The notes under the pieces are model-generated. The model saw nothing but the letters and a program-made list of their open reading frames with translations. It made no database searches and was not told the DNA's origin. Shown piece by piece: positions 1-10,131 of a stretch of DNA of 64,000 nt. The position numbers were made by a program, and so were the translations under genes. The DNA comes from an uncultured delta proteobacterium (lineage in GTDB: Bacteria; Desulfobacterota; Syntrophia; Syntrophales; Smithellaceae), in contig CAVQAL010000003.1 of NCBI GenBank assembly GCA_963710575.1, positions 149,372-213,371 of the forward strand. The letters are read 5' to 3'. Each line of letters starts with the position of its first letter. The first letter of the stretch is position 1.

Positions 1-1910
1 ACTGTTCCGCGATAAATTTTCCCGACTTCAGCCTCCTCGGTCAGCCACTTAACCATCATCACAGCTCGTGACGCTGCCTCAGCATCACTGGAAGCGATAG
101 TTACAGTTCCGTCATCTTCGACATCAATGGTAACTCCGGTTTCGCTGATAATTTGACGTATATTTTTACCGCCCGACCCGATAACATTTCTCACCTGATC
201 CACTTTTACTTTTACCGTTGTGATACGGGGAGCGTATTGCGATATATCCGGCCGCGGCGCGGAAATAGTTTCGCGCAGCTTACCGATAATGAAAATCCGG
301 CCCTCCCGGGCCTGATCCAGAGCTTTTCTTAAAATATCTTCTGTCAGGCCGTCAATCTTAATATCCATCTGCATTGCCGTAATTCCCTTTTCCGTACCGC
401 AGACTTTGAAGTCCATATCACCGGCATGATCTTCATCTCCCAGAATATCGGTCAGGATTACTACATCATCTCCCTCTTTTAAAAGCCCCATGGCAATTCC
501 GGCAACAAAATCTTTCATCGGCACACCGGCATCCATCATAGATAATGTTCCTCCGCAAACTGTCGCCATTGATGACGAACCGTTGGAGGAAAGAATCTCC
601 GAAACAATCCTGATGGTGTAGGGAAATGTTTCCGGTGAAGGTAAAACAGGTACCAAAGCTTTGCGTGCTAAAGCCCCGTGGCCGATTTCTCTTCTGCCGG
701 GACTGCGCTGACCTTTGGCCTCGCCAACACTGTATGGCGGGAAATTGTAATGAAGCATGAACGATCTCATCTCTTCGCCGCCGATAAAATCTATCCGCTG
801 TTCATCCGCGGAAGTCCCCAGGGTAACAACGGCCAATGCCTGCGTCTCACCACGGTTAAATAAAGCGGAACCATGAGTGCGGGGCAAAACACCAATTTCA
901 GAACTGATGGGACGGATATCTTTCGATGTCCTTCCATCAATACGTCTTTTCTCGTTGATAATCATACCGCGTAAAATACTGCTTTCTAATTCTTCGATAA
1001 TTCCGGCGACTTTTTTACAAAGTGCAGAATCGTCTCCGCCGATTGATTTGATGACACTTTCTCTCACTTCACCAAGTTTGCTGTAACGTTCCAGCTTGCG
1101 CGGTATATTGTAGCCTTCTTTGAGACCGGCCAATGCTTCGCTTTTGACACGGGCGGTCAGTTCTTCGTCCTTAACTATTTGGGCAACCGGCCTTTTGGCT
1201 TTGCCAATGGCCTCTCGCATTTTATCCTGCAGATCAATTACCGGACGAATTGCTTCCAAACCGAATTGAATGGCATCAACAATTACATTTTCGGCGACTT
1301 CTTTGGCATCGCCTTCCATCATCACCAGTTCAACATCATAGTTCTTGCCTGATTTTCCAGGCGTCACTTTTCGTCCGACCATGAAGATGTTAATTTCGCT
1401 TTCCGAAATTTTGTCCGAAGACGGATTACAAATGAACTGACCGTCAATCAGGCCTACGCGCACACCGGCAATCGGTCCTTTAAAAGGAATGTTCGATATT
1501 TCCAAAGCCACTGAAGCTCCGAGCATCGCCGTAACAATGGAATCATTTTCTTTATCCAAGGAAAGCACCGAAGCCACCAACTGTGTCTCCGAATAGTATC
1601 CCTTGGGGAACAATGGACGTATTGACCGATCGATCAGACGGGACGTCAATATTTCGCGTTCGTTAGGACGGCCTTCGCGTTTAAAAAATCCGCCGGGAAT
1701 TTTTCCCGCGGCAAAAGTCATTTCCTGATAATCCACGGTCAGGGGCAGAAAGTCCACTCCTTCACGTGTGCTTTTCAATGAAACTGCCGTAACCAAAACA
1801 ACTGTATCACCGTAGTGAACCAGTATAGCTCCATCAGCTTGCGCGGCAACATAATCAGCTTTCAGGGAAATATTTCGCCCGGCGAAATCTGCACTAAATA
1901 TAGTACTCAT
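1..1910 (-). CDS. pnp: polynucleotide phosphorylase, C-terminus cut by the window edge
   Basis: My reverse-strand translation from the ATG at 1910 gives MSTIFSADFAGRNISLKADYVAAQADGAILVHYGDTVVLVTAV...FFKREGRPNEREILTSRLIDRSIRPLF, an RNase PH-like core. The far end reads KH/S1-like (..GKGGKNIRQIISETGVTIDVEDDG..). The frame is open to position 1, so it is absent from the ORF track. It lies downstream of rpsO. Confidence 0.93.
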   Translation of the reverse strand, partial: MSTIFSADFAGRNISLKADYVAAQADGAILVHYGDTVVLVTAVSLKSTREGVDFLPLTVDYQEMTFAAGKIPGGFFKREGRPNEREILTSRLIDRSIRPLFPKGYYSETQLVASVLSLDKENDSIVTAMLGASVALEISNIPFKGPIAGVRVGLIDGQFICNPSSDKISESEINIFMVGRKVTPGKSGKNYDVELVMMEGDAKEVAENVIVDAIQFGLEAIRPVIDLQDKMREAIGKAKRPVAQIVKDEELTARVKSEALAGLKEGYNIPRKLERYSKLGEVRESVIKSIGGDDSALCKKVAGIIEELESSILRGMIINEKRRIDGRTSKDIRPISSEIGVLPRTHGSALFNRGETQALAVVTLGTSADEQRIDFIGGEEMRSFMLHYNFPPYSVGEAKGQRSPGRREIGHGALARKALVPVLPSPETFPYTIRIVSEILSSNGSSSMATVCGGTLSMMDAGVPMKDFVAGIAMGLLKEGDDVVILTDILGDEDHAGDMDFKVCGTEKGITAMQMDIKIDGLTEDILRKALDQAREGRIFIIGKLRETISAPRPDISQYAPRITTVKVKVDQVRNVIGSGGKNIRQIISETGVTIDVEDDGTVTIASSDAEAASRAVMMVKWLTEEAEVGKIYRGT

Positions 1911-1948
1911 TAATTTTTCCTCCATTTTTTTAAGTGCCAGCCATAGAA

Positions 1949-2038
1949 GTTCAAGGGCGAAACGCAAAAGCTAACAGCCGCAGGCGTGTTATGTGTACCG
2001 CTCACGGTCAGGTTAACTTATGTCTTCCGCCCTTGAAT
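1949..2038 (-). promoter_or_regulatory. long imperfect stem-loop in the rpsO-pnp intergenic leader
   Basis: Arms gttcaagggcgaaac (1949-1963) and gtcttccgcccttgaat (2022-2038) are complementary across about 60 nt. The structure sits between the rpsO stop and the pnp start. Confidence 0.45.
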
Positions 2039-2045
2039 AATTTAT

Positions 2046-2312
2046 TTATTTTCTTAGGCCTAGCCGTTTAATAACATTTCTGTATCTTTCTATGTCATTA
2101 TCTTTAATGTAATTGAGAAGTCTTCTTCTCTGACCAACCAGTTTGAGCAGACCGCGGCGTGAATGATGATCTTTCTTGTGCGCCTTGAAATGCTCCGTCA
2201 AATACTCTATTCTGGCGCTTAAAAGAGCAATCTGGACTTCGGGGGATCCCGTATCCTTTTCATGAAGCCGATAATCTGAAATTACTGTTTTCCTCTTTTC
2301 CAAAGTTAACAC
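2046..2312 (-). CDS. rpsO: 30S ribosomal protein S15
   Basis: 88 aa. The motif ...[47 protein letters not shown]... is typical of S15. Confidence 0.97.
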   Translation of the reverse strand: MLTLEKRKTVISDYRLHEKDTGSPEVQIALLSARIEYLTEHFKAHKKDHHSRRGLLKLVGQRRRLLNYIKDNDIERYRNVIKRLGLRK

Positions 2313-2360
2313 GCTTTTTCCTCCTTTATAATTAAATCTTTGTTTATCTTAAATTTCTTC

Positions 2361-3305
2361 TCATTTACTAATATTGTTAAACACCCTGACAATCTTGGCC
2401 GCCTGCCTTTTTCCATCGAATTCAGAAAATTTATTTACCGGCGCCACCATTTCCGCAACAGCCAAAAGATACCCACTGCTACTGATGAATTTTACCATAT
2501 CTCCAGCTTTAAGAAAAGGGAGATCATGTTCCTTCATCATTTCCACAGAAGGTTGCCATCCATTACGCAGTTTTGCCGCAGAATGATCTTCCAGTTCAAT
2601 TGAAGTCAGCAACGGCAATAGTTCCACCATCGGCAATATTTTTTCTAAAAGTTTATTCTTTTTATCATTATCCTCATAATTGTTCAGGGAAACAGCCATT
2701 TCTTCGGAAAAAAAACCGCTGCGCAGACGACGAAGGCTGCATAAACATGCTCCAAGGCCAAGCAGATCACCGATATCGGAACAAAGCGTCCTGATGTAAG
2801 TCCCTTTAGAGCAGACAACCCGAAAAGTGACGCGGGGAAAAGAAATATCTTCAATAACGATACTATGAATTTTTACCTCCCGCGGTTCCATTTCTAAAAA
2901 AACACCGTTTCTTGCCCATTTATATAGAGGTTTGCCGCAATGCTTGATCGCGGAATAGGCCGGAGGAACCTGTTTGACCGTCCCCACCATCCGCGCCATT
3001 GCCACTCTTATTTCTTCTTCGGTTACAAAATTATCGGATTGGCTGGTAATTTTACCTTCAATATCCAATGTGTCCGTTTTCACACCCAGCAGCATTGTCG
3101 CAAGGTATTCTTTGTCTTCGCCAGTTAGAAAACCCGCCAGCTTCGTAGCCTCATTCAAACATACAGGCAGCACGCCAGTAACCATTGGATCAAGCGTTCC
3201 GGTGTGGCCCGCTTTTTTTACGCCCAGGATTTTCTTTACTTCACTGACAACATCATGCGAAGTCACACCCGCCGGCTTGTCAATGATTACCACTCCATCC
3301 ATCAT
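2361..3305 (-). CDS. truB: tRNA pseudouridine(55) synthase
   Basis: The N-terminus DGVVIIDKPAGVTSHDVV...GHTGTLDP carries the TruB catalytic Asp motif. There is a PUA-like C-terminus, and the synteny is rbfA-truB-rpsO. Confidence 0.95.
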   Translation of the reverse strand: MMDGVVIIDKPAGVTSHDVVSEVKKILGVKKAGHTGTLDPMVTGVLPVCLNEATKLAGFLTGEDKEYLATMLLGVKTDTLDIEGKITSQSDNFVTEEEIRVAMARMVGTVKQVPPAYSAIKHCGKPLYKWARNGVFLEMEPREVKIHSIVIEDISFPRVTFRVVCSKGTYIRTLCSDIGDLLGLGACLCSLRRLRSGFFSEEMAVSLNNYEDNDKKNKLLEKILPMVELLPLLTSIELEDHSAAKLRNGWQPSVEMMKEHDLPFLKAGDMVKFISSSGYLLAVAEMVAPVNKFSEFDGKRQAAKIVRVFNNISK

Positions 3306-3310
3306 AAATA

Positions 3311-4261
3311 TTATAATTCCCTTATCGCTTCAATAATCTGCGATTTAATTAATTGAATGTCACCTTTCATCCAGCAAGCCGAAGCGTGAATATGACCGCC
3401 GCCGCCAAACTTCCTGGCTATTTTTTCTACATTGGCATCAGCTTTGGAGCGCAAGCTCAATTTATAATTGTTATCTCCCCGTTGAGTGTAAAGAATTGAT
3501 ATTTCAATGCCTCCTACGGTACGGGGAATATCGACAAAACCCTCTGTGAGTTCCCATGATGCTCCTGTTTCCTGTAGAGCTTTTTGCGTAACAACCATAG
3601 AACCAACTTTATTTTTCAAATCCAGAGATAAGGTTTCCAACGCTTTGGCCAGTAATTTTAATCTTGCTGGAGAATCGTTTTCATAAATATTTTCCGCGAT
3701 CCACTGCGGATCAGCACCGTTTTTCACCAGATTTCCCGCCGCAAAAAGCGTTTCATTTGTAGTGCTCGAGTAACGGAAACTGCCTGTATCCGTTATAATT
3801 GCCGCATATAAATTAGTGCAAATATCTCTCGATATATTAAAGTGCATTTCCTGCATCAAACGGAACAGCAATTCGCCCGTTGAACTGGCCTGCGCATCCA
3901 GCATTTTCAGCCGGCAAAAACCGTTGTTGGAAACATGATGATCAATATTTATTAGTTTTTTAATTTTTCCGATATTATCCGCTTCATCTCCAACTCTTGC
4001 CAAATCACTGCAATCAAGAATAATGCCGACATCATATTGTTCAACGTTGTTTATATCATGAACTATATTTTGCGCCGCCGGCAAAAACCGGTAACGTTCC
4101 GGTGTATGATCCTGATTATAAATTACAACATTTTTCCCCATCTCTCTCAACATGAGGTAAAGAGCCAATTCCGAACCTAAAGCGTCTCCGTCCAGTCTTA
4201 CATGCGCCGTAATTAAAAAGCTTTGCCCTTCATTTATAGCCGTAATAATTTCATTAATCAT
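3311..4261 (-). CDS. DHH/DHHA1 phosphoesterase (NrnA-like oligoribonuclease / pAp phosphatase)
   Basis: DHH motifs are present (..HVRLDGDALGS.., ..NIDHH.., ..GGGGHIHASA). Confidence 0.85.
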   Translation of the reverse strand: MINEIITAINEGQSFLITAHVRLDGDALGSELALYLMLREMGKNVVIYNQDHTPERYRFLPAAQNIVHDINNVEQYDVGIILDCSDLARVGDEADNIGKIKKLINIDHHVSNNGFCRLKMLDAQASSTGELLFRLMQEMHFNISRDICTNLYAAIITDTGSFRYSSTTNETLFAAGNLVKNGADPQWIAENIYENDSPARLKLLAKALETLSLDLKNKVGSMVVTQKALQETGASWELTEGFVDIPRTVGGIEISILYTQRGDNNYKLSLRSKADANVEKIARKFGGGGHIHASACWMKGDIQLIKSQIIEAIREL

Positions 4262-4613
4262 TTTTTTCTTCCTGTTTAGCTATCTGGGCCAATAAATTTT
4301 CGATGCGGTTACCGTATCCAAAAGATTGGTCATGAACAAAAGTAAGCTCCGGTACACATCGCAACTGCACCCGCTTACCAAGCTCCCGGCGGATAAAACC
4401 AGCCGCTTTAGTAAGGCCTGCTTTGATTTCGTCAGAGCATTCATCCTTGCCCATTTCGACAAAATAAATTTTGGCGTTACGCAAATCATCGGTTACTTTA
4501 ACTGATGTAATAGTAACCGAATGCAGGCGCGGATCTTTCACTTCTTTAATTATAATGTCAGCCATATCCGCCCTGATCAATTCGGCAACCCTGTCCGCTC
4601 TTTTAAAGCTCAT
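4254..4613 (-). CDS. rbfA: ribosome-binding factor A
   Basis: MSFKRADRVAELIRADMADIIIKEVKDPRL... is the RbfA signature. I prefer the internal ATG at 4613 over the ORF-track start at 4661, which overlaps the upstream gene by 59 nt. Confidence 0.9.
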   Translation of the reverse strand: MSFKRADRVAELIRADMADIIIKEVKDPRLHSVTITSVKVTDDLRNAKIYFVEMGKDECSDEIKAGLTKAAGFIRRELGKRVQLRCVPELTFVHDQSFGYGNRIENLLAQIAKQEEKND

Positions 4614-4941
4614 CGTATTTACTTGCTTCCCAATCAGCCGCGCCCAGAAAACTGGAAACAACCATAATTTCTATCTTGCTGTTTAACATTTCGGCTGCGT
4701 GCAGATTGTCGATAAATCTTAGTATATGGTCAACTTTCCCGTTAATATAGCTCGAATCATTGCCAACAACCGCAAATCCTATTTCAGCTGATTTATAGTT
4801 GTCAAGATTACCTGTTTCCGCAATGGAGATATTAAATTCATTTTGCGTACGCTTAATAATTTTACTCAAAACGCTTCTTTTGTCTTTTAAAGAACTGCTT
4901 GCCGGAATTATTAAATTTATTATTCCGTAGCCGATAACCAT
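4603..4941 (-). CDS. DUF503 family protein (YlxP-like)
   Basis: The MVIGYGIINLIIPASSSLKDKRS... pattern is typical of DUF503. It sits between infB and rbfA as in many bacteria. A GGGGA Shine-Dalgarno favours the ATG at 4941. Confidence 0.8.
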   Translation of the reverse strand: MVIGYGIINLIIPASSSLKDKRSVLSKIIKRTQNEFNISIAETGNLDNYKSAEIGFAVVGNDSSYINGKVDHILRFIDNLHAAEMLNSKIEIMVVSSFLGAADWEASKYDEL

Positions 4942-5023
4942 GAAATTTTTCCCCGAAATCATACAGCCAAGAAAAATTCAGAACTGCCAGCTGTTGATAA
5001 GCAGATGAGTGTATTTCACTATT

Positions 5024-7675
5024 TTACTCGAGTTTCTTTTCCAGTGTCTCTGTTATATAAGATTCAATGACATCACCTAAGTGAATATCGTTAAATCCGT
5101 CAATGCTGATACCGCATTCAAAACCCGCCAGCACCTCCCTGGCATCATCTTTAAAACGCTTCAGTGATAGAACTTTCCCATCGAAAACAACTACACTATC
5201 GCGGACAAGTTTTACATTGCTGCTTCGCATTATTTTTCCGTCGGTCACAAAACAACCGGCAATGGTTCCGATTTTAGGAACTTTGAAAAGTTCGCGGACT
5301 TCCGCCCTGCCCTGAACGACTTCTTTATACTCCGGCTCCAAAAGCCCTTCCATAGCTGCCCGCACATCCGAAATAACATTGTAAATAATGTCATAAAGCT
5401 TAATTTCTACGCCTTCCTGTTGGGCAATTTCCACTACCCGCGCATCGGGTCTCACATTAAATCCTATAATAATAGCCTTGGAAGCGGCTGCAAGCATAAC
5501 ATCCGTTTCACTGATGGCGCCGGTGGAACTGTGAATAATTTTGAGTTTTATATCATCGGTCGAAAGCTTATTCAAAGCGTCGGAAATTGCGCCAATCGAC
5601 CCTTGCACGTCGGCTTTGATAATTACGTTACAGTCTTTTACACCTTCCTTTATTCTTTGATAAAGCTGTTCTAAAGTAACTTTAGAAAAACTGGATATTT
5701 CTTTTTCGCGTGTTTTTCTTAGCCAGTAATCGGCAATACTGCGCGCCTTCTTTTCATCCTCAACGCAGAAAAATTCCGCTCCGGTTTGAGGGACACTGGA
5801 AAAACCGATAACTTCCACAGGTGTGGAAGGTTTGGCTTCTTTGATGCGCCGGCCCTGATCATCAATCATTGCCCGCACGCGGCCAAATTCTGTTTTGGAA
5901 ACAAAAGAATCGCCTTCTCTCAATGTTCCTTCTTGAATTAAAACGGTCGCTACAGGACCGCGGCCTCGATCCAATTTCGCCTCAATAATAATGCCGCGAG
6001 CGGGGAGATCGGGATCGGCCTTTAACTCCATAACATCAGCTTGCAGTAAAATCATTTCCAGCAATTCTTCAATATTAATTTTCTTTTTCGCCGACACCTC
6101 GCAAAAGATTGTATCGCCGCCCCATTGTTCGGATAAAAGACCATGTTCGGTGAGAGACTGTTTAATCTTTTCGGGATCAGCACCGGGTTTATCAATTTTA
6201 TTGATCGCCACGATAATAGGCACTCCGGCAACCTTGGAGTGATTAATGGCTTCAATGGTTTGTCCCATTACGCCATCGTCCGCCGCCACGACTAAAACAA
6301 CTATGTCGGTTACCTGTGCCCCGCGCGCCCGCATCGCCGTAAACGCTTCATGACCCGGAGTGTCCAGAAAAACTATGTCCCGGCCGTTTATGTGAACATG
6401 ATAAGCGCCGATAGCCTGTGTAATCCCGCCAGCTTCGCCATCAATAACATTGGACTGCCTTATCACATCCAGAAGTGATGTTTTACCATGATCAACGTGC
6501 CCCATAATAGTTACGACCGGTGCCCGCGGTTTAAGATTTGCCGGAGCGCCCGAAGTTTTTAACATGGCTTCGTCAAACTCTAGGTCCGCCGGTTCAACCT
6601 GGAAACTGAATTCATTCGCCACAATCGTGGCAATATCATAATCTATGGCCTGATTAATGGTGGCCATAACATCCATAGACATTAATTTATTGATTACTTC
6701 ACTTACCTTAATGCCCATTCTTTTCGCTAAATCGCCGACTGTAATTGTTTCTCCAACCTTGATACGCCTCTTAATTGCTTTAGGGACAGTAATCTCGGTT
6801 TTCTTCATTTTGGCAGGAGCAACTTTTTTGCTATCGCGCCATTTGGTAAAGATTATTTCCTTCTCTTCATCCTGTTTTTTCAGTCTCTTTTCTATTTTTT
6901 TCTCTAAAATCTTGCGGTGCGGTAATGCTTTTTCCTCTTCAATAAATACCTCTACCGGGACCTTGCCTCTTTTCTTTGGTTTCTCCGGTGGAGGAATGGA
7001 TATTTTTTCGCCGGGTTTCAGAGGTACTTTTGGCGGAATTGACTTAATCGTTTCCGGCCGGGTAATTTTATGCTTAGAAATGATAGCCGGCTTTGCAGGA
7101 ACAACAGAAACAAGGGGCGGTTGTTTGACTTTCCCCGCCGCAGTTGTGTCCGCTGCCGGCGGAACGTCTATTTTTGCTGTTGTTTCAACTTTCGGTATTT
7201 TTAACTTGAGCAAAGGCGCATCCGCCGCCGGATGGGATTTCGTTTCCGCTTTTGCTTCACCCTCCGGCATTTTTTCTTTGGATGGAGCAGAAACTGCCTC
7301 GGTTCCAGAAACAGGATGTTTGGAAGATTCTTCTTTTTTAACTTTTTCCGAAGGCGGTGTTGCAGATACTTTCTTTGGCTTACCTTCCAAAGATTTTTCC
7401 GCAGGCTCCTCTTTTTTCTCCGGCACTTCTTCGGGCGGCATCTCCACAACAGTGCGGACGGTACGACGCCGAATTACTGTGGATTTTATTCTTTCCTCCA
7501 CAACTTCACGAGTTTCAGTGGCCATCAATTCGTTTTTTATTCTTTCCACTTCATTCTCTTCCAAGGAGGAGGAAGCGGTCTTAACCGAAATGCCAATTTT
7601 TTCCAAATGAGCGATCAGTTTTTTATTTTCCCAGCCAAGCTCCTTGGCCAATTCATGAACCCGCTTTTTCGGCAT
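5024..7675 (-). CDS. infB: translation initiation factor IF-2
   Basis: 883 aa. It has a Pro/Lys/Glu-rich N-terminal region followed by a GTPase core ([25 protein letters not shown]). Confidence 0.98.
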   Translation of the reverse strand: MPKKRVHELAKELGWENKKLIAHLEKIGISVKTASSSLEENEVERIKNELMATETREVVEERIKSTVIRRRTVRTVVEMPPEEVPEKKEEPAEKSLEGKPKKVSATPPSEKVKKEESSKHPVSGTEAVSAPSKEKMPEGEAKAETKSHPAADAPLLKLKIPKVETTAKIDVPPAADTTAAGKVKQPPLVSVVPAKPAIISKHKITRPETIKSIPPKVPLKPGEKISIPPPEKPKKRGKVPVEVFIEEEKALPHRKILEKKIEKRLKKQDEEKEIIFTKWRDSKKVAPAKMKKTEITVPKAIKRRIKVGETITVGDLAKRMGIKVSEVINKLMSMDVMATINQAIDYDIATIVANEFSFQVEPADLEFDEAMLKTSGAPANLKPRAPVVTIMGHVDHGKTSLLDVIRQSNVIDGEAGGITQAIGAYHVHINGRDIVFLDTPGHEAFTAMRARGAQVTDIVVLVVAADDGVMGQTIEAINHSKVAGVPIIVAINKIDKPGADPEKIKQSLTEHGLLSEQWGGDTIFCEVSAKKKINIEELLEMILLQADVMELKADPDLPARGIIIEAKLDRGRGPVATVLIQEGTLREGDSFVSKTEFGRVRAMIDDQGRRIKEAKPSTPVEVIGFSSVPQTGAEFFCVEDEKKARSIADYWLRKTREKEISSFSKVTLEQLYQRIKEGVKDCNVIIKADVQGSIGAISDALNKLSTDDIKLKIIHSSTGAISETDVMLAAASKAIIIGFNVRPDARVVEIAQQEGVEIKLYDIIYNVISDVRAAMEGLLEPEYKEVVQGRAEVRELFKVPKIGTIAGCFVTDGKIMRSSNVKLVRDSVVVFDGKVLSLKRFKDDAREVLAGFECGISIDGFNDIHLGDVIESYITETLEKKLE

Positions 7676-7714
7676 GCGTGAAACTCTCCATATTAAATTT
7701 CTTGGTTTTCAAAT

Positions 7715-8980
7715 TTATGAATCACTTTTGCTACCAGTTACTTCTTCGCTTAAAATTTTACCCGCTGTTTCAATCCACTGCTGGGCTGTCTTTTCACCTA
7801 TACCGGGAATTTGAGATAACAATTCGGGCTCGGTTGCCGCAACCATGGCAATGCTTTTGATGCCCTTACTGAAAAGCTTCTCCGCCATAGCCGGCCCCAC
7901 TCCGGCAATTTTTGTCAGATCATTTTGTCCTTCTTCTTTAGCACCAACCATCGTTTCGCTTTTCATATCAATATTCCATCCCGTCAACTTAACCGCCAAC
8001 CGGACATTTTGCCCGTTTTTACCTATGGCCAAAGAGAGTTGATCATCAGGAACAATTACCGTCATCGTCCGGTTATCATCATCAACGAACACTCTGTTAA
8101 CCTTGGCTGGAGACAGGGAACTGCTCACATATTTGGCTGCATCATCGCTATAAGGAATAATATCAATTTTTTCACCGCGTAATTCCTGCACCACACTTTG
8201 GACCCGCGAACCTCTCATGCCTACGCAAGCACCCACAGGATCGATATCTTTATCCTTGGATCTGACGGCAATTTTTCCTCTTTTGCCCGGCTCTCTAGCC
8301 ACGTTGACAATGTCAATAAGCCCTTCGGAAATTTCCGGAACTTCCACCTCAAAGAGCGCTTTTAAAAATGACGGATGGGTGCGGGACATGAGTATTTGCG
8401 ATCCCTTGGTATTTTTCTTTACATCAACGATATAAGAGCGGATTCTTTCGCCGCGTTTATAAGTTTCGCGATGAATTTGTTCCGTCGGAGGTATAACACC
8501 TTCCGCGCGCCCAAGATTGACAATAATGCTGCCGCCTTCAAATCTTTGGACAAAGCCGTTTACCAGTTCGCCTTTTCTGTCTTTGTATTCTTCATAAATA
8601 TTATCGCACTCCGCGTCTTTCACTCTTTGAATAATTATTTGCTTGGCCATTTGAACGGCAATGCGGCCAAAGGAACTTGTTTCAATTTTCATTCCCAGGC
8701 TGTCGCCGGGTTCCGCGCCTTCATCAAGAGTTTTCCTCGCTTCTTCCTTGGATATTTGTGTTCCGGGATCAAGGACTTTATCGACAACGGTTTTAAATTG
8801 AAAAACTTCAATTTCCCCGGTCTCATCATTGTAATGAGCTTCAATCTCAACGTTCGGTCCAAGTTTCTTACTTGCAGCCGTAATCATTGCCGCTTCAAGG
8901 GCGTCGGTAATAATCTCCTTATTTATACCTCTGTCCTTACCCATCTGTTCGATCAGACGTTTAAGTTCTGGCAACAACAT
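7715..8980 (-). CDS. nusA: transcription termination/antitermination factor NusA
   Basis: 421 aa with S1 and KH regions and a C-terminal HhH-like tail. Synteny is rimP-nusA-infB. Confidence 0.97.
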   Translation of the reverse strand: MLLPELKRLIEQMGKDRGINKEIITDALEAAMITAASKKLGPNVEIEAHYNDETGEIEVFQFKTVVDKVLDPGTQISKEEARKTLDEGAEPGDSLGMKIETSSFGRIAVQMAKQIIIQRVKDAECDNIYEEYKDRKGELVNGFVQRFEGGSIIVNLGRAEGVIPPTEQIHRETYKRGERIRSYIVDVKKNTKGSQILMSRTHPSFLKALFEVEVPEISEGLIDIVNVAREPGKRGKIAVRSKDKDIDPVGACVGMRGSRVQSVVQELRGEKIDIIPYSDDAAKYVSSSLSPAKVNRVFVDDDNRTMTVIVPDDQLSLAIGKNGQNVRLAVKLTGWNIDMKSETMVGAKEEGQNDLTKIAGVGPAMAEKLFSKGIKSIAMVAATEPELLSQIPGIGEKTAQQWIETAGKILSEEVTGSKSDS

Positions 8981-9057
8981 TTACAAATTCCTCCCTTTTC
9001 TTAGCTGATATATATATCGTAGAATTTCAGCCAACTGGCGTTAATTCCCTGTTTAAT

Positions 9058-9528
9058 TTATTCCACATCGGCAAGGTTTGCTTTTGCAATATCTTGTTTG
9101 GGAATCCGGTAAATTTTTCCGGCGATGTCGATCAAAACCAATTTTTGACCGGCATCTTCGATATAATCCAAAAGAATACCGTGAAAATTTTTACTCCCCT
9201 CAATTTTTACACTTGTTTTAATATTTACTCTTGCGTGCTTATATTTCACAAAATCCTGATCGCGCGATAAAGGCCTGTCAAAACCTGGAGAAGAAACTTC
9301 CAGCGTGTAAGCGTTATTAATCACTTCACGTATATCAAAAAGGTCGCCTAGCTGATTGCTGATATTTGCACAATCATCAAGTGTAACTCCGTTTTCCTTG
9401 TCCAGAAAAAGCCGGATGATCCAGCGCGTATGCATTTTGATACATTCGACATGGATCAACTCCATTCCTTCAGACACGATAACCGGCTCGGCCAACTGCC
9501 TGATTTTTTCTTTTACATCATCATCCAT
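9058..9528 (-). CDS. rimP: ribosome maturation factor RimP
   Basis: 156 aa, with LEVSSPGFDRPL as the RimP hallmark. It lies directly upstream of nusA. Confidence 0.93.
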   Translation of the reverse strand: MDDDVKEKIRQLAEPVIVSEGMELIHVECIKMHTRWIIRLFLDKENGVTLDDCANISNQLGDLFDIREVINNAYTLEVSSPGFDRPLSRDQDFVKYKHARVNIKTSVKIEGSKNFHGILLDYIEDAGQKLVLIDIAGKIYRIPKQDIAKANLADVE

Positions 9529-9537
9529 AATTGCTCA

Positions 9538-9566
9538 GAAAATAAAAAAGTGGGCAGGGGCCCACT
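9538..9566 (-). terminator. intrinsic terminator-like hairpin plus U-tract immediately upstream of rimP (leader attenuator candidate)
   Basis: The minus strand reads GAGTGGGC-CCCT-GCCCACT, a perfect 7-bp stem at 9549-9566. It is followed by TTTTTTATTTT and then the rimP ATG about 10 nt later. Confidence 0.65.
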
Positions 9567-9790
9567 CATCAATACTATCACATCGATGGTTTGATAATTA
9601 GCTATCACATCACATCAGGCAAAGCAAGTATTATTTCTGCAATCTGAAAGCTGCTAAGTAGTTAATTACTGGTATAATTAGACTAACACTTCTTATAGTC
9701 AGCGAGTTTCAAATTCTACGTCGTCGTAGATGCCCTTCAGGGTACTTCGCTCCTGGGGTATCCTTCATGTGCTTCGCACAAAGGATAGCT

Positions 9791-9840
9791 CGACTAACCA
9801 ATTTCAATTTGCTATGCTTTTGAAATTAGAAGGTGTCATT
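9791..9840. repeat. dispersed hairpin repeat, copy 1
   Basis: cgactaaCCAATTTCAAtttgctatgcttTTGAAATTagaaggtgtcatt. The stem is AATTTCAA/TTGAAATT, with a loop containing GCTATGC. Confidence 0.7.
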
Positions 9841-9900
9841 AACCACACTAAGCTGTGCGGTATATACTTATGTCCCTGCCAACTACGTTGGCGGGACAAT

Positions 9901-9948
9901 TCAACTTACCAATTTCAATGCGCTACGCTTTTGAAATTGGAGTTTCAT
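9901..9948. repeat. dispersed hairpin repeat, copy 2, abutting the tRNA-Gly 3' end
   Basis: tcaacttaCCAATTTCAAtgcgctacgcttTTGAAATTGGagtttcatt. It has a perfect 10-bp stem and the loop contains GCTACGC. Confidence 0.7.
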
Positions 9949-10023
9949 TGGAGCGGGCGACCGGGCTCGAACCGGCGACGTCCAGCTTGGGAAGCTGACA
10001 TTCTACCACTGAATTACGCCCGC
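9949..10023 (-). tRNA. tRNA-Gly (anticodon CCC)
   Basis: The reverse complement folds by hand as GCGGGCG-TA-ATTC-AGTGGTA-GAAT-G-TCAGC-TTCCCAA-GCTGG-ACGTC-GCCGG-TTCGAGC-CCGGT-CGCCCGC-T-CCA. This is a full cloverleaf with an encoded CCA. Confidence 0.93.
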
Positions 10024-10080
10024 TCATGAGGGAGGTAATGTTATTTAAAGGAAATATTTTGTCAAGGTGTTTTTAATGAG

Positions 10081-10131
10081 ATTCGCTGAAAACGAGCGTA
10101 GTGAAGTTTGAAGCGTAAATCGAATTATCCC
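10081..10131. repeat. dispersed repeat, inverted and degenerate copy
   Basis: It contains tcgaattatcc, the reverse complement of ggataattcga at 30083-30093. The reverse complement also shows a gcttcaaac..ttcactacgctc..gttttcagc hairpin whose loop resembles the loops of the other copies. Confidence 0.45.

Noticed and set aside
678-1086. Plus-strand ORFs at 678-863 and 877-1086 were considered as genes.
   Set aside because: Both lie antisense within pnp, whose minus-strand frame is continuous and strongly recognisable.
6657-7610. A 317-aa plus-strand ORF, together with the ORFs at 7232-7681 and 7357-7584, lies opposite infB.
   Set aside because: These are antisense shadows of the low-complexity Pro/Lys/Glu region of IF-2. 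Their composition is Ser/Phe/Gly-rich nonsense with no recognisable family. infB on the minus strand is unambiguous.
9872-9897. The small palindrome GTCCCTGCCAAC-tac-GTTGGCGGGAC contains attC-like GCCAAC/GTTGGC cores.
   Set aside because: It is too short at 26 nt and has no L boxes or spacers. It lies in the tRNA-rimP leader among other hairpin repeats, so the resemblance is probably coincidental.
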